64,000 nucleotides of DNA from Klebsormidium nitens (lineage: Eukaryota > Plantae > Klebsormidiophyceae), in the NCBI GenBank assembly GCA_000708835.1, contig DF237298.1:1-64000 (forward strand). The letters run 5' to 3'. Positions 1-12,158 of the stretch are shown here, piece by piece (position 1 is the first letter of the stretch; each line of letters begins with the position of its first letter). Below the pieces are notes generated by a model, which ran no database searches, had not been told where the DNA came from, and saw only the letters and a program-made list of their open reading frames with translations. Made by a program: the position numbers and the translations under genes.

Positions 1-2461
1 GGGATTCCACCAAAGGTGTAACCTTTACACCACCTTCTCTCCGAGAAGTTTATCACCAGGCGCCTTCGCGCATCTCCCATACTCACCAGGAGTAAGAACG
101 TTTCAGAACGTGAGAATGGGCGGTTCTTCAGTTTACTCTTCTTCGAGCACAGAGACTTTTGCAGGCACTGGCGCCGAAATAAATTTCCTGACTCACTGCT
201 CGGATCTGCCGGCGGCTGAAGGCGTCTCCTGCTATGGTGCATTCTGCAGAGGAGGTTGAAGGGTTTGTACAGGTGAGTCCCTCCATCGCTCGCGCCTGGA
301 GCCCCCTTCTCTACAAAGCCCAGTTGCGCAATCCCAGCCCCTTGACTCGCATGTTTCTGAAAAAGTCTGAAATTTGGCCTGTCCTGGACTGCGCACCTTC
401 AGTTTTCACATAAAGGTACATCATTGGACAAATAGCGTCAGAACTTTGTCTTCCCCCCACCTCACCACCCCACCATTGCCTCCCTATCTTGCTCTGATCA
501 CAGAGTGTCAGTGTGCTGACACCACATCTCCATAATGACCATGTGTACAGACTGCTGGTGCTTTAAGTGTCAACATCAGTACGCTGTCGCCTCCCTGGGT
601 TGAAGGAATGTGTCGCGCCATCGCAGGCGCTAAAATGGCGGGCAAGCCTTGAGTTTTAGGCCCTGTGGGAGTTGGGGCCACCACTTATCGTGCAAAAGTG
701 AGCGGTCTTCGTTCATCATCTTGTTTCAATTTTGGACCAAAGGCACTCTAAATTGGAGTCATGCACAGTACTGTTTGCCTACGTGGCATATCGCGCATCC
801 CTTTGCTCTTGGTCATCAGTCTTTCCAAAACAAGCTATCCCTTCGCAATTCCTCGAGTTTGATCTCTGATCACTGCAGTAGCTGTGGACGGCTTTTCCAT
901 TCTTGCCTCCAGCACCTCATTGCGCTCTCACTCCTGTGTCTGCTAAGGCAGGTATGCCAAGGGTTGATAGCGTTGGGGCCGACAGTGATACGGGGCAATG
1001 CGTCTGGGATCCTGGCAGCAGCGGGGGCAGCCACTGAGGCCACCAGGGTAACACATGCGTCCACAGCTATCGCGCTCCACGAAGGTAGCTTGAGTAAAAC
1101 TCTCTACTATAGACGAAGTCCCTGGGAGGCACTGGCACTGACAACGACGAATTTGCGCGCTGTTGTCCAGAGTGGAAATGTAAAACCAGAGTGACACAAA
1201 CTTCTGAAACACCAAGATCCAAAACGTGGAGGCTTCCTCAGCGTCGGTTGATGCTGACAGAGTCTCTGTCTGGGCGTCCTGTTCTCATGCATCCTATTGC
1301 AATACGTCTCCCTTTGACCTGACAGGGCGTTAACAACTTCTCGGATTCACACCTCATACATGAACTTATCGCACAGTTTAAGATAGTTGCATCTTGCTGC
1401 CCTACTTTTCGTTGTTCCTGCCTTGTCCCCCAGGCCATGTCTGTGTATGTGTCAGCAGAGTATTCATGGCTCAGCTTTTTGACATCTGATTCTCGGGATT
1501 CGGTGCCGCTATTACAAGGAAGGAAGCCCTTGATGTCTGCAAAGACTGCCTCTCTCTGGCATAAGAACTGCTGTTTCTTCCTGAACTTCGTATGGTGTCG
1601 AGAACTCCTGTAAGTCAGCAAGGCACTGACACGTCACCTCGACGGCTCCTCAGAACTGAAGCCCATCTGAAGTTGAATAGACTGAAGTACAAAACTCTCG
1701 TGTCCTGGCGGACTCTTAAATATTTCCGGATGGTCGACAGTGTCGTAATCTTTCTGGGCCTGTTTTTGGTGCCTTCTCAGAGCCGAGCTCGGAAATGCGA
1801 CGCAATATGTCTTGCAGAATCCTGCGGAAACTCGCTCCTTCTTTTCGACAGTGTCGAATCTAAGTTTGGGCCGACAGGGCGTTGACAGCTCTAGCAAACG
1901 CGCTCGCCGCCGCCAAGCAACTCTAGCCACGGCGTACGGAACAGTGGTCGCAGTCAGCCTGCCGGCGGAGCCATCGACATCATTACGGAACGCGAGTTTT
2001 GCGTGTGGCCATTGGAGATCCGCTTCTCCAAGTAATTGCAAATCTCGGCTTCTCGATCCCGTCTATCATCTTCAAGTACGACAGTGAACTTCAGTTCGTT
2101 TTGAGTACGATTATGGTGTTGAAGTGAGTGCAGTGATTGTTGTGCATCACGATTGCGAGACAGGTAATGGAATTCATCATTTTGGAAACGGTGTCACAGC
2201 ACCTCGTGTTATGTTCTCCTTCGGTTGTTACCTTATTTAGCTTCGGCATTTACACCGTCAAGAATAATTGGTTTTCCGGGGCCCAAGTTGACTAGAACGC
2301 GAAATTTGCCCCCTCCCCGTCTGCCCATCTCGATTGTGTTCACTGAATTTATAGAACGAAGAAGTCGAAAATCGATCTCGCGACCTTTACTTCCAGTTCC
2401 CGACGCAAACTGGTAACACTTCAGCTCGACTCGAATGTCCTCTCAACCCAATTGGTTCGAA

Positions 2462-2490
2462 GCAACCTCTCGCAACCTCTCGCAACCTCT
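2462..2490. repeat. Short tandem repeat, 10-bp unit (GCAACCTCTC) x3
   Basis: Directly visible: gcaacctctc-gcaacctctc-gcaacctct. Confidence 0.9.
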
Positions 2491-2741
2491 TGCCATTTCA
2501 AATCTCATCTGTGGAGGGAAGTAAAAGAGTCTGCTGCTTTACCCCCGGGCGTTTCGTTGGCTGCGAAAAGTAACCGCGACGGGCTGCTCCGTGAATGCAC
2601 TCATTGCCGTCTTTCTCGGCCAATCCCGAGCTACCCCCCCTTGAAGCGGCCGCCTACTCCCTCGCGTATTTCGGATGAGCCTTCGACTAGTCGTTTATAC
2701 GCGGCTGTCTATCGGTCGTTGTCTACTGGTTGTTATCCCGC

Positions 2742-2837
2742 CTTGGAGTAGCTCAGTCGGTTGAGCGACGTGCTTAATATTAGCACAGTAAAAGGGGGTG
2801 TGCCAAAAGTTTTTCAGTTCGATTCTCGAACCTGACC
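2742..2837 (+). pseudogene. tRNA-like element (tRNA pseudogene or tRNA-derived SINE head) with Pol III A and B boxes
   Basis: TAGCTCAGTCGGTTGAGCG is an A box with a GCTC/GAGC D-stem. A GTGCT/AGCAC hairpin follows. A T-arm-like TTCAG-TTCGATT-CT(C)GAA provides a B box at about 2815-2825. The acceptor stem does not pair and the anticodon loop is non-canonical. Confidence 0.5.
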
Positions 2838-4849
2838 ATTCGTTGCAGAAGGGGCGAGGACTCTCCTTTCATTTGTCGGTGTGCTAGTCCCGTTGCTGCT
2901 GATCAGCCCGGTGCCAGACTGTACGTACCGTTGTCTATTGGTTATGTATGCTAAGCTTACTACGGTAACAACTGCTAGGTAGCACGCTTGGTTATGGAAT
3001 TTTGGCCGTCGCTGGGCCACTTCCTCGCTTTCCGGACCGTGCTCAGCTTCACAAGAGCAGTCTTTGTGTGGGCTCGCGTCGCCCGCTTGTGCTACTGATT
3101 TCCCTAAGGGATCCACTAGACTACGTTCGCTTAGAGGACCTCTTTTCGGTTCGAAGAAAACTCCGCAAGATGTTTGTTTAACCCATTTCTTTTGAGTGGT
3201 TGCAGGCTGGCCGCTCAGGTCGCAGTGGAAGCGCACCCCGGCGGGTCCGGAACGTCCAGAGTGCATTTTCTAGACGCGCTTTACACGTTGGGCAAAGAAA
3301 CCTTGACGCAAGAAGGCCTCGTTTCCGAGCTCCCGCTATGATGTTGGAGGAAATAGGTCACGATGCAGCGATGAGCGCCGAGTAGATTGTCTATTGTGGC
3401 CTCTTTGCCGTAGCTTTAGACAAGTCTAACCTTGAAACAGCTCTATGCTGCTTTTGAGATTATTTTCGATTCACTTTTCGCTTGTTGAAACTTACTCCGA
3501 GTTTGACTGCTTTGCTCAGGTTGATGATGGTCGCTCAATCCTTTTAATACAGCACCAATACCATGTATTTAGCAGAAATAGACTATAGCTTGAAATGCAC
3601 AGCATCTAACATCATTGTGCGCTTTAAGTACATGGGCGCGTTTCCACGGCACTGCAACAACTGTAGGTGCATTCAAAGAAAGCTCACAAGTGTCCGACCA
3701 CTGGCAGACGGAATTGGAATTACCAAGCCCAAAAAATGTGGTTCAATGATGCTTGTCTGGCATATGATGCTTGTTCTGCGCATATAACATGGCGGCGCTA
3801 GCTGGGCCACGCATGCATGCAGTGACCGACCCATGAATGATCGATATCATTGCAGCTGCGTGAATGCTGCCAGTGCATATTCAACCTGAATCTCAATGGC
3901 ATATTAATTCATCACTTGTCGTGCCATCACATGCGCATGCGGCGCACGAGCATGCATGGGCGGCAATCTCTGTACGTTTAAGTAGGACGGTAACTTAAGC
4001 TAGCGGGTAAGAGTCACGCGTATACATAGCGCAACCGTCGATCTCGGTGGCACATTTTCATTTGAGACAACCACGTTGGATGACTTTTTGCAAGGCCCTC
4101 GGCGGTGGCGCCTCATGATCATTGAATTGCGACAATACTCGGATGAGAGTGTTCGCGTGTCGAAACCCGCGAGACCAGATCTGGGTTTGATCGAAAGCAA
4201 TCAAGTTTAAAAAACATAAGCACATTGAGAATAACGTTTTTGACGACAAAACCAAATTGACGCTTCGGGATGCGTACACATTTGATTTCTGCTACTATCG
4301 TCGGCCGAACTTGTGTGTCGGACCATTGCGCTCCACTAAGCCGTCCACTAAATGATACCTCCAGTCTTATCAGGATAACGTATGACCAATAAATACACCC
4401 ATCGTAAATACAGTCGAAGCCAAACGGTGGTAATCCGGCACCAATATGCGGCTCCGTTATGCGCCTGCGCCCATCCAAGTCACCTCCCCCAACCTTGCTA
4501 CCTGCTCTAGCACGGCCCAGGGCCTTACGGAGACTCGCCGTGAACTCCCGCCCCCCCCCTCTCCCGCCCTCCCTTTCTTCCCCCCGGCGCCCTGCCAGCA
4601 CCGCTCCACCTCCGCCACCAAACCCTCTAATACACCCCCCCCGGAAGAGGGTTTCCGTCCTTTCTCCATCAGATGCCTCACTTCGTCCATGCTCAAATGC
4701 ATCAGCTCAGCCGCCACCGCCGTTCTCCCCCCCTGCTCCTGCCACTCCTCGCTCCCCTCACTCTCCTCCCCCGCGCCTTGCTTTTCTATCATCTCCCCGG
4801 CCGTCCGCAAAGGAACTCTCAAGATGTGACAGCCCCAACATTTCCCACA

Positions 4850-5460
4850 TGCTTTTTTTTAAATCAAACATCAATCCACGGTATTCACTTCTCTCAAACC
4901 GAGGTTGAACGATGGGTTGCAACGACCTTGTACGTGCACGTGCAGAAGCACATAGCTTCAACGCTTTGGTCGAGTTCATGTACTCCCACGAAATCAGCGC
5001 GACAGTCCGTTCCGACAAAGAAAAACTCTGCTGGTTTCTGACTATCACCGACCGCTTTGAGACGCCCGCGTGCGTCCAGACGTGCGTCCAGGTGCTGACG
5101 TCATCACCCACTACTCTCGCTGACGCCCTCATGCCATACGTGACCAGCCTGCCGCAGCTGTAAAACAATGCGGTACAGTACGCATTGATCTACACTGTTT
5201 CTACCCTTCAAACGGACTGGTCGTTTGAGGAGATAGCCAACGCTGAGAGCGTTCACGAGATGGACGAGGTTCTGATCAGGCGGCTCGTTGTTAGCCTCGT
5301 TCTCAAGCTGCGGGGAAGTGGTGAGCACGAGGAAAACTCTGCAAAGTCTCTCTCGAGTGATTTTGAACTGCGAGTCGAGACCGGTGGGAACCATTTGCCG
5401 CCCTCCTCGAGTTACTCGACTTCTGGCGCATCAGCCGGTCTTTCATCCGCGAGCACCTAG
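4850..5460 (+). pseudogene. BTB/POZ-BACK protein relic (plant POB1/LRB-like) with in-frame stops
   Basis: One frame reads ...YSLLSNRG*TMGC...AEAHSFNALVEFMYS...FLTITDRFETPACVQTCVQVL...SLPQL*NNAV...SLSSDFELRVE. This resembles BTB (LxFMY, aDkFev..C) and BACK (LssDdL.v.sE) motifs. TGA lies at 4906-4908 and TAA at 5161-5163. Confidence 0.6.
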
Positions 5461-6447
5461 ACAGCTGCCCTGAGGTGCGCACTCCAGGGCGGTGGGCGCT
5501 CATTGAAAAGTTGAAGAAGATGGAAACCCTTCAAGAAAAGGAGGAACTTGACGTTCATCAAGCAGATCAAGTCGGTAGGTCGGTGGTGGGGGAGCGCTTG
5601 TGGCCCCCGGGCAGGGCCCGGTGGTCGCCAGAAACAACGCACCTGCCGCCTTCCCTGGTGGCTCCGTCGGCTTCCACGTCGCCCAAGCTCTCGCGTTCTT
5701 GATGTCGGCCTTGATCAAAGTTCTGGGCGCGCTCGGAGGTTTCGTGGTACCGGTGGTATTCTCCGGAAGGGTATACAAGCATCATCACCTCTTGTCCAAG
5801 ATTTTGACTGTTTCATCTGTATTTGGGGTTCTTCCCTGTGGTTGCGCAGTTGCCGGCTTTATGATAGGCTTCCTTTTACTGTCAGTTCATCAGTTTGGTA
5901 CGTGATATGCAGCACCTGCTTGGAGTGAGCCCCTTTGAGGCCGGCAGAAGCTAAGCTCCTAAAAAGCTGACATCAAGACCATGATCATTCCCAGTCATAT
6001 GATAAGGATGGTAAAGCTTGCGACTTGTACAAAGAAAGCGCCTTGAATTCAGCCGGCCCATTTGAAGCAACCTTCTCACCAAGTGAACAAGCTCGATTGC
6101 ACTAGATTTTCTTGTTTGACCAGCATCCCGTACGAACCATGTGTTTGGTTGCAAATGATTTCTAGCTAAATTAAGAAGACTATGCATCATTGCACGACCG
6201 GCACGGCTTTTTTGTTATCAGGAGTTGGGAATGCAGATTACCGGCCTGGTGCACACCATAGTCACTTGTGGACGTCACGATAGTTTGCACTCAGGTCGAG
6301 AATTGCTTTACAAATAACCGAGGTTAAGTTCTTGTCATGTCAATACGGACTTATATATAAAGAACACATGCACAATGCAGATAAACTTGCATTGTGGAGC
6401 ATGAAATCAGGAGCTTGCCAAACGACTGGCATAGTGGCATGCATATG

Positions 6448-6567
6448 CTACCTAAATATATACGTGTACACGTTCGGGGGGATCCCCCGCTGCTGCATCT
6501 CGTCGATCAGCGCCAGCGCGTCCTCCCCGCGGGCGCGCGTGGTGAAGTGCGCGGTCCCAATTATATG
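6448..6567 (-). pseudogene. Isolated pentatricopeptide repeat (PPR) fragment
   Basis: The minus strand reads HIIGTAHFTTRARGEDALALIDEMQQRGIPPNVYTYIFR*, matching the PPR consensus eeAl.l..eM...Gi.Pn..ty. It is a GC-rich island in AT-rich DNA, preceded by a TTGTAG acceptor-like site, with no other PPR exon nearby. Confidence 0.6.
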
Positions 6568-7110
6568 CTACAACAGGATTGGACCCCGGATTTTTGTATT
6601 CCTAGCTGAAGGTATGTATATGATATATGCTCATCATGCATCATGGCATCAGGTTAACGTTGATGATGGTGTGTCCTCATTCAACGGGAATTGCAAGGAA
6701 CTCAATCGTAAAGATGACATAGTGCGTGCCTTTTTATCTATTATCATGTGATGTCATGTGTACGGCCGCGGATCATGCTTCATGATGAGTGCCTGAACAG
6801 CTTCGGCTACCGTGAACTTTCTCTTTGGCGAGACGCCATGCATAGGCGCATAAGTACGATTTCAGAAACAATGGGCGGGCCGCATTTGTATGCTGATCAG
6901 AGAATCCGATAAATACCGAGGTCGTCTTTCAATGTTGCGAGCAGCCCCAATAGTTCCTCGTGCTACCGCCTTAAGTGCGCCGCCAATGCTGCATTTTGCT
7001 GCTCGACATCCTCGATGATCCGTTTCCCACCCCCCGCCCCCACGCTCCCCGCCCAAACGCTTTCCGCCCCGGGTCTGGCTGTGGCTGCGGCCCAACTGCG
7101 CTCCCCCGCC

Positions 7111-10100
7111 CTACCCCCCTCCCCAAGCGCTCGGCCCCGCCCCCTTGTTCGCGGCCGACTCCGCCCAATCAGCTATCGACCCGTCGCCTAACCTTAACCT
7201 CTGAAACTTGCCCGTCTTTTTCTTCTTCTGCTTCCCCTCGTCCGCTTTCGCCGCGCCGTCTTCGTCCTTTTTGTCCGCGAGCCAAAACGCCCCGCACGCG
7301 ATGCATCTCGTATCCCCCGCCTTATTCCGCAACGTACACACGCTGCAGCTCCACCCGTCGTCTTCCCACGTCTGCGGAACACCCGGCAGAGCGTCTCTCA
7401 GGTGTGACGTGTCCACCGAACCCCCGATGCTCCCGGCTGAGCTCACCCTAGGCACGGATGACGTCCGTGACGGCCCTGCAACCGAAGCCAGGTCATCCGC
7501 CGAAACTGCTCGGCCAAAAGCGCCACCCGCAAACGGGCCTCCGGCGAGAGAAGCTTCTGCCCCATCTCGCTTCGATACCGTTCCGTTTTCTGCTGATGTC
7601 GACGGTGCGCCCGGCCCCAGGATGCCGCTCTGCCCTGCTCCCCCAGAACCTCTCCCGAAACCGGGGGGTGCGTACGGCTTCGGAAGCGCCCCCTGGGAAG
7701 GCGACGCAGCCCCCGAAGGACTGGCCCCTACTCCCCGCGAGTAATTCACACCCCCAGTTGCAGCTGGCCAGAATCCATCTGCGGCCGCTTGTCTTGCCCG
7801 GGCCTTGATCGACGGATCCGACGCAGCCACGTCAGCCACCGTCTTCTTCCCCCGCCCATTCTCCGCACTGCCGGGTCGCGACGGGGGGCGCTCCCCCTCG
7901 GCCGCCGCCTGCAGACTCTGCAGCTCCTTCGCTTTCTGGGGGTCGGGGCAGGTTTGCGCTAACTGGGGCACAATCTCGTCTAACCCAACCCCGACAATGT
8001 ACCGGTAGTACTGACCGGTGGAAAGCGTCCCTGCCTGCCACTGCGCCGACCGCTGCTTGAACTCGGTGAACAGAATCTGGTTACCCCCTAACCCGGATTT
8101 GATCTTCTCAACCAGCTGCCGGTTCGCCGCCTTGATCGCTTCTCGGTCCCCTGCGGGGGCAGCTGGCACAGCGCTTGGGACCGCTCCTCCTAGGGGGGGG
8201 TAGTTCGCCTGCTGCCCGCCCCCCCCGCTGGCGCTGTGCAACACCTGAATGCTCCCCGCCCCCCCCAAAACCTCGGTCATCCGCCTCTGCGCCGCCTGCT
8301 TTTTTCTTTGGTGTCTCGACGCCCCTGGAAGAGGTGGAAAATACTCCGGGTCGTTTGTCGCTGTGGGGTGCAAACCCCCCCACCTCCCCACGTTCAGAGC
8401 AGCCGTCTGCGCCGCGCCCCCCCGGGCAAGGCCTGGGAATTGCTCCCGCCCACTTGGGCTCCGCTCGATGCGCATGTTCTGCATTTGGGACTCAGCCAAG
8501 GCGACTGATTCACGGGTGGCTACTTCGATCATGTTGGTCTCCTGGCTGTTTCGAATCGCCGCTTGTTCTTGCGCCGCTTCGAGGACTCGCACGTTGCCCC
8601 GATTCTCAGGAGGGAGGCGGCCGCGCTGCCGACCTGCGAAGGAGCGTTTGCAAGAACTTTCAGGTGTTGCATTCGAGGAGCGTTTGCAAGAACCTTAAGG
8701 TGTTACATTCGGAAAAAGTCGTAAATTCCTTTCCACTATTCCTAAAAACGGAAGGGGTACCAATCTTGCTTCCCCGACAACAGGTGTGAAACAGACAAAA
8801 ATCGGTCCTAAACATGTCGCGACCACTTCCTTCAACGACCCAAAGATCAAACTTCTGAGAATGCAGTCACGACCCTTTCTTTGTGTTAACAAAGGGCAAC
8901 ATTCGACTCGAGCGAATGCCTAAAAAGCACCAAAATTCTTAGAGATGTTTGTCTCCAACAAGCTACCATGCGGATGAAAAGTGCTTTGAACACTTGGAAA
9001 GAACGGCAAAAGCTCACCAGGCTCCCTCTCCGACTCCCCCCGCCCTGGCCGGGTGTACTGTATGTTGATCGGTATTTGCAGCGCTTCTCGCCGCTGGGAC
9101 CGAGACATGTTTCCCCCATGGGCCTGAGCATTATGCCGCTGCAAAGCAGAAAGGCGACTGATTCTTGCGTCCCCTTGACAAAGGGCAGCAATATTCACAC
9201 AAAACGTTCTTCACAAAACGCATCGCCAGCTAGCTGTTACTCCATCATGCGGTCAACAGCTGCCAGACCCAAAGCTAGCTTTTACTCCATCATACGGTCA
9301 ACAGCTGCCATACCCAAACGCCTTAACATTCACTCAATAGATCCATCTTTTGACCTCATATTTGGTTTTCCTTACCAACGCAACTACTTCTTCCACTTAG
9401 ATGAAATGAAAGGTCCAAGACCGGAATGTGTCCCTCACCTTCAATTCGCTCTCGGAAACAAAGACTACGAACTTCTTCTGTAGGCAGTCGGGGTGCTCGC
9501 ACAGGGAGTGTGTTATTCGAAAGTGGTTCTGCACATGCAAGAATCAGGGAAGATGTTTGAGGCTAGGCAGGCAAGCAGCTGAGAAAACGATAAGAGGTAA
9601 ATAAGTAAAAGAGGTAAATAGTAACCGATGAGAGTTGGCATCCTGCAATCCTGAAGTAGAGCCCAACTTATTTGCAGGCGACCACATTGGCGGAGGTTTT
9701 AAAAAACTGTAATTGACTGCCTCATGCATCAACAGGTCTGAACGATTGATACTGACCAGCGCCACTGAGTCAAACAGCACAGTCAGCCCCTCCTGGCCGT
9801 GCATTCACATCATTGCAACCCTTTGCAAGCCAATGTTAAGTTAAAGCCCTGCGTGGCTTTCACGACAAGACCTTTCATGAACACCTTCTAAAGGCCAGCC
9901 CTCACCTCTAGATCTGGATAGTCCCTGTAGTACTCAAACACATCCGGTCGCGCCCTGTGAAGAGTAGTAGACAGCATGAGCATAGATGCTGGGCATCCAA
10001 GTCAAAGAGCAACAACAAGAGAAACTTCCACTCTTTTTCTACTGTAATCATCGTTAAGGTCCACGCCAAACGGAGGAACGACACCTGTCCTACACCTGGC

Positions 10101-12158
10101 GGACACAGCGGTGAAGCATTAAAGAATGGAAGTGACGTTTTTCAATACATGCTCCTATTGAGTCAGAAGGAGAAGGAAACAAACGGTCCCCTTTCCGCGG
10201 GCAATTGCAACACAAGCCAAATGAGTTATTGCTCTAATGCAATCTAACTTTGGTTTCTTCTCCATGCCTAGGAAAGGTCGAGCAAGTCCGCATCAGACGT
10301 ATCCTTCCAAAACGTTTCGGCGTTGCTTCTGAGGGTCATGAACGTAGTAATGGCCTCTCCCTCAATTGCAGATCCATTGCTTCTATCACCACCACCAATC
10401 CAACGCATCCAAAAACTGACCATCCCCCTACCCAGAATAACTGCACCTTTCAAACCCGGGAACAGCAGTGCACTCCAAAGCGTAGCCCTACCTTTGACAG
10501 AGGTGGCACGTGTAATGCTCCCCATTCATATGCTGATACAGCTCCGCTTCTCCATACAGCCTCCGGTTGCAAAACTTGCAGAGCGGATGCCCCTGGAAAC
10601 CCCCCCGCTCCTCGGCATTTCCATCGACCTCTGGGCACGCTCGGACTTGGTGCCGCTCTAGTTGCTGGCGCGTGTACAGGTGCTGTTCACTGAGGAACAC
10701 CTGGCACACGAATTAAGCAGATGAGAGGTTACTTCTATAAGTTCAGACACTCAGTAACTTTTTGTGAGAGGGCAACTTTTCCCAACATGCGTCAATGCAA
10801 TCAGGAGCAAAATCCTACTAAGATAGCGACAACAAATCACCAGGTTGATAACAAACAAGCTGCGTCAATAAGGATAAGCCTGCAACGTAAGTATGAAGAC
10901 AGGTCGCACATAACAAGTCACATTCCAATGTGTATATACTGCAATCGCCATTACAACTGATCAACCACACGGCCTTCAAACCACGATGTGAAAGCAGCTC
11001 TTCTTGTCCGCCACTCCACAAAACAGCCTCTATGGAAACTTTAGGGACACCTTGGGAGGGAGAAAGAAGCTCCATTGTACTTTGCAGCATTGCAGATATT
11101 GAGTTTCTGACCATATCAGACACAGAGCATCATACCACTGCGTCAAACAAGAATCCAGATGTCCGTTCTGCGCGTTAAACACAGCTTCCTGAATGCTACA
11201 CATATGAAGCACCAACAAGGCCGCGCGACCAGCAGCAAATGCGCCTGCCCTTCTTTGCCAGCTTTTCTGCTGGACCTCAGTAAGTTGTATGTTTTAGGGT
11301 TTGCAAAGTGCAAGCGAAATCCTCACCTTTCTTCCTTCCAGACACAGCTCGCACATCACCAGCTTGTGGATCCCAGACAGATGCTGCTTCAGCCGCTCAA
11401 TGTCCCTAAAAACAGTATCCGGTGGCACGGAACCCCGGGGCAGGGGCTTCCCCGTCTCTCCTGCTTGGACGCATACGCTACATGATAGCCGGCAGAGCGC
11501 CTTGATTGTCTTGAAGTGGTCTTGATCATCAAAGTAAGCGTTGAGGAGATCGTCGTACCAAAGGTCTCCGCCCTTGCTCTTGTCCCGCGCAGGAAGGGCG
11601 GCAAAGTCGACTGAGGCGGTGTATTCGCCCAGAGCCTGCAGAAGTATGATCCTCGTTGTTTTGGTGGACAATCTAAAAGAGGACACGAACAATCGTTGAC
11701 TAGTGCATGCATCGTTCTAGAGCCACATGCCCTTTCGCAGATTGAGCGGCAGCGGATACCCCTTCAGATCTGGTAATGGTGCCACAAGGGAATCAAACTG
11801 AGAGATCCTTCAAAAAATTTGGGTCTCAGAGCATATCATCGCTTGAAGGCTGGGCACAGAACCCTAGAACAGGATGACCTATCCTTGGCTCTCAAGCTGG
11901 AACCAAGCAAAGCGCATGCCATGCTCACATACCAAACCTTTAGGTACTCTGCATGCGCTGATCAGACTGAGCCATGATCTTTGCGCTTACCTTTGTGACA
12001 AAGACTGCTGGGCAGTCCTGCTTGCAGATGCAGCACTTGTTGTCCTTAAGGACAAAGCGCAAGCGGGCAATGCACGATGAACAGACATCCTTGTGGTCGC
12101 AAGCACCGTATGCAATCCACTCCAGGGGCTCAGCACAGATCACGCAACAGTCTTCCAT
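7111..12158 (-). CDS. ZNF598: E3 ubiquitin ligase ZNF598/Hel2 (ribosome collision sensor), 7 exons: 12158-11991, 11635-11327, 10700-10492, 9954-9906, 9528-9439, 9138-9018, 8633-7111
   Basis: N-terminal RING (MEDCCVICAEPLEWIAYGACDHKDVCSSCIARLRFVLKDNKCCICK) followed by C2H2 fingers (GHPLCKFCNRRLYGEAELYQHMNGEHYTCHLCQR; NHFRITHSLCEHPDCLQKKFVVF). A helical domain (ANRQLVEKIK...) and a C-terminal KKxxKFxRxRLGDGS motif follow. All GT-AG junctions keep phase. Confidence 0.92.
8641..8712. repeat. Intronic tandem duplication, about 37-bp unit x2
   Basis: gagcgtttgcaagaactttcaggtgttgcattcg followed by gagcgtttgcaagaaccttaaggtgttacattcg. Confidence 0.85.
9226..9315. repeat. Intronic tandem duplication, about 46-bp unit x2
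   Basis: gctagctgttactccatcatgcggtcaacagctgccagacccaaa followed by gctagcttttactccatcatacggtcaacagctgccatacccaaa. Confidence 0.85.

Noticed and set aside
943-2041. Minus-strand ORFs (1634-2041 and 1238-1621 in one frame, split by a TGA; 943-1215 in another), possibly a decayed gene or transposase
   Set aside because: No recognisable domain or motif and no consistent splice structure. Cannot be supported without a database search.
4457-4822. G-rich minus-strand ORF that looks exon-like
   Set aside because: Low complexity, no identifiable family and no partner exons.
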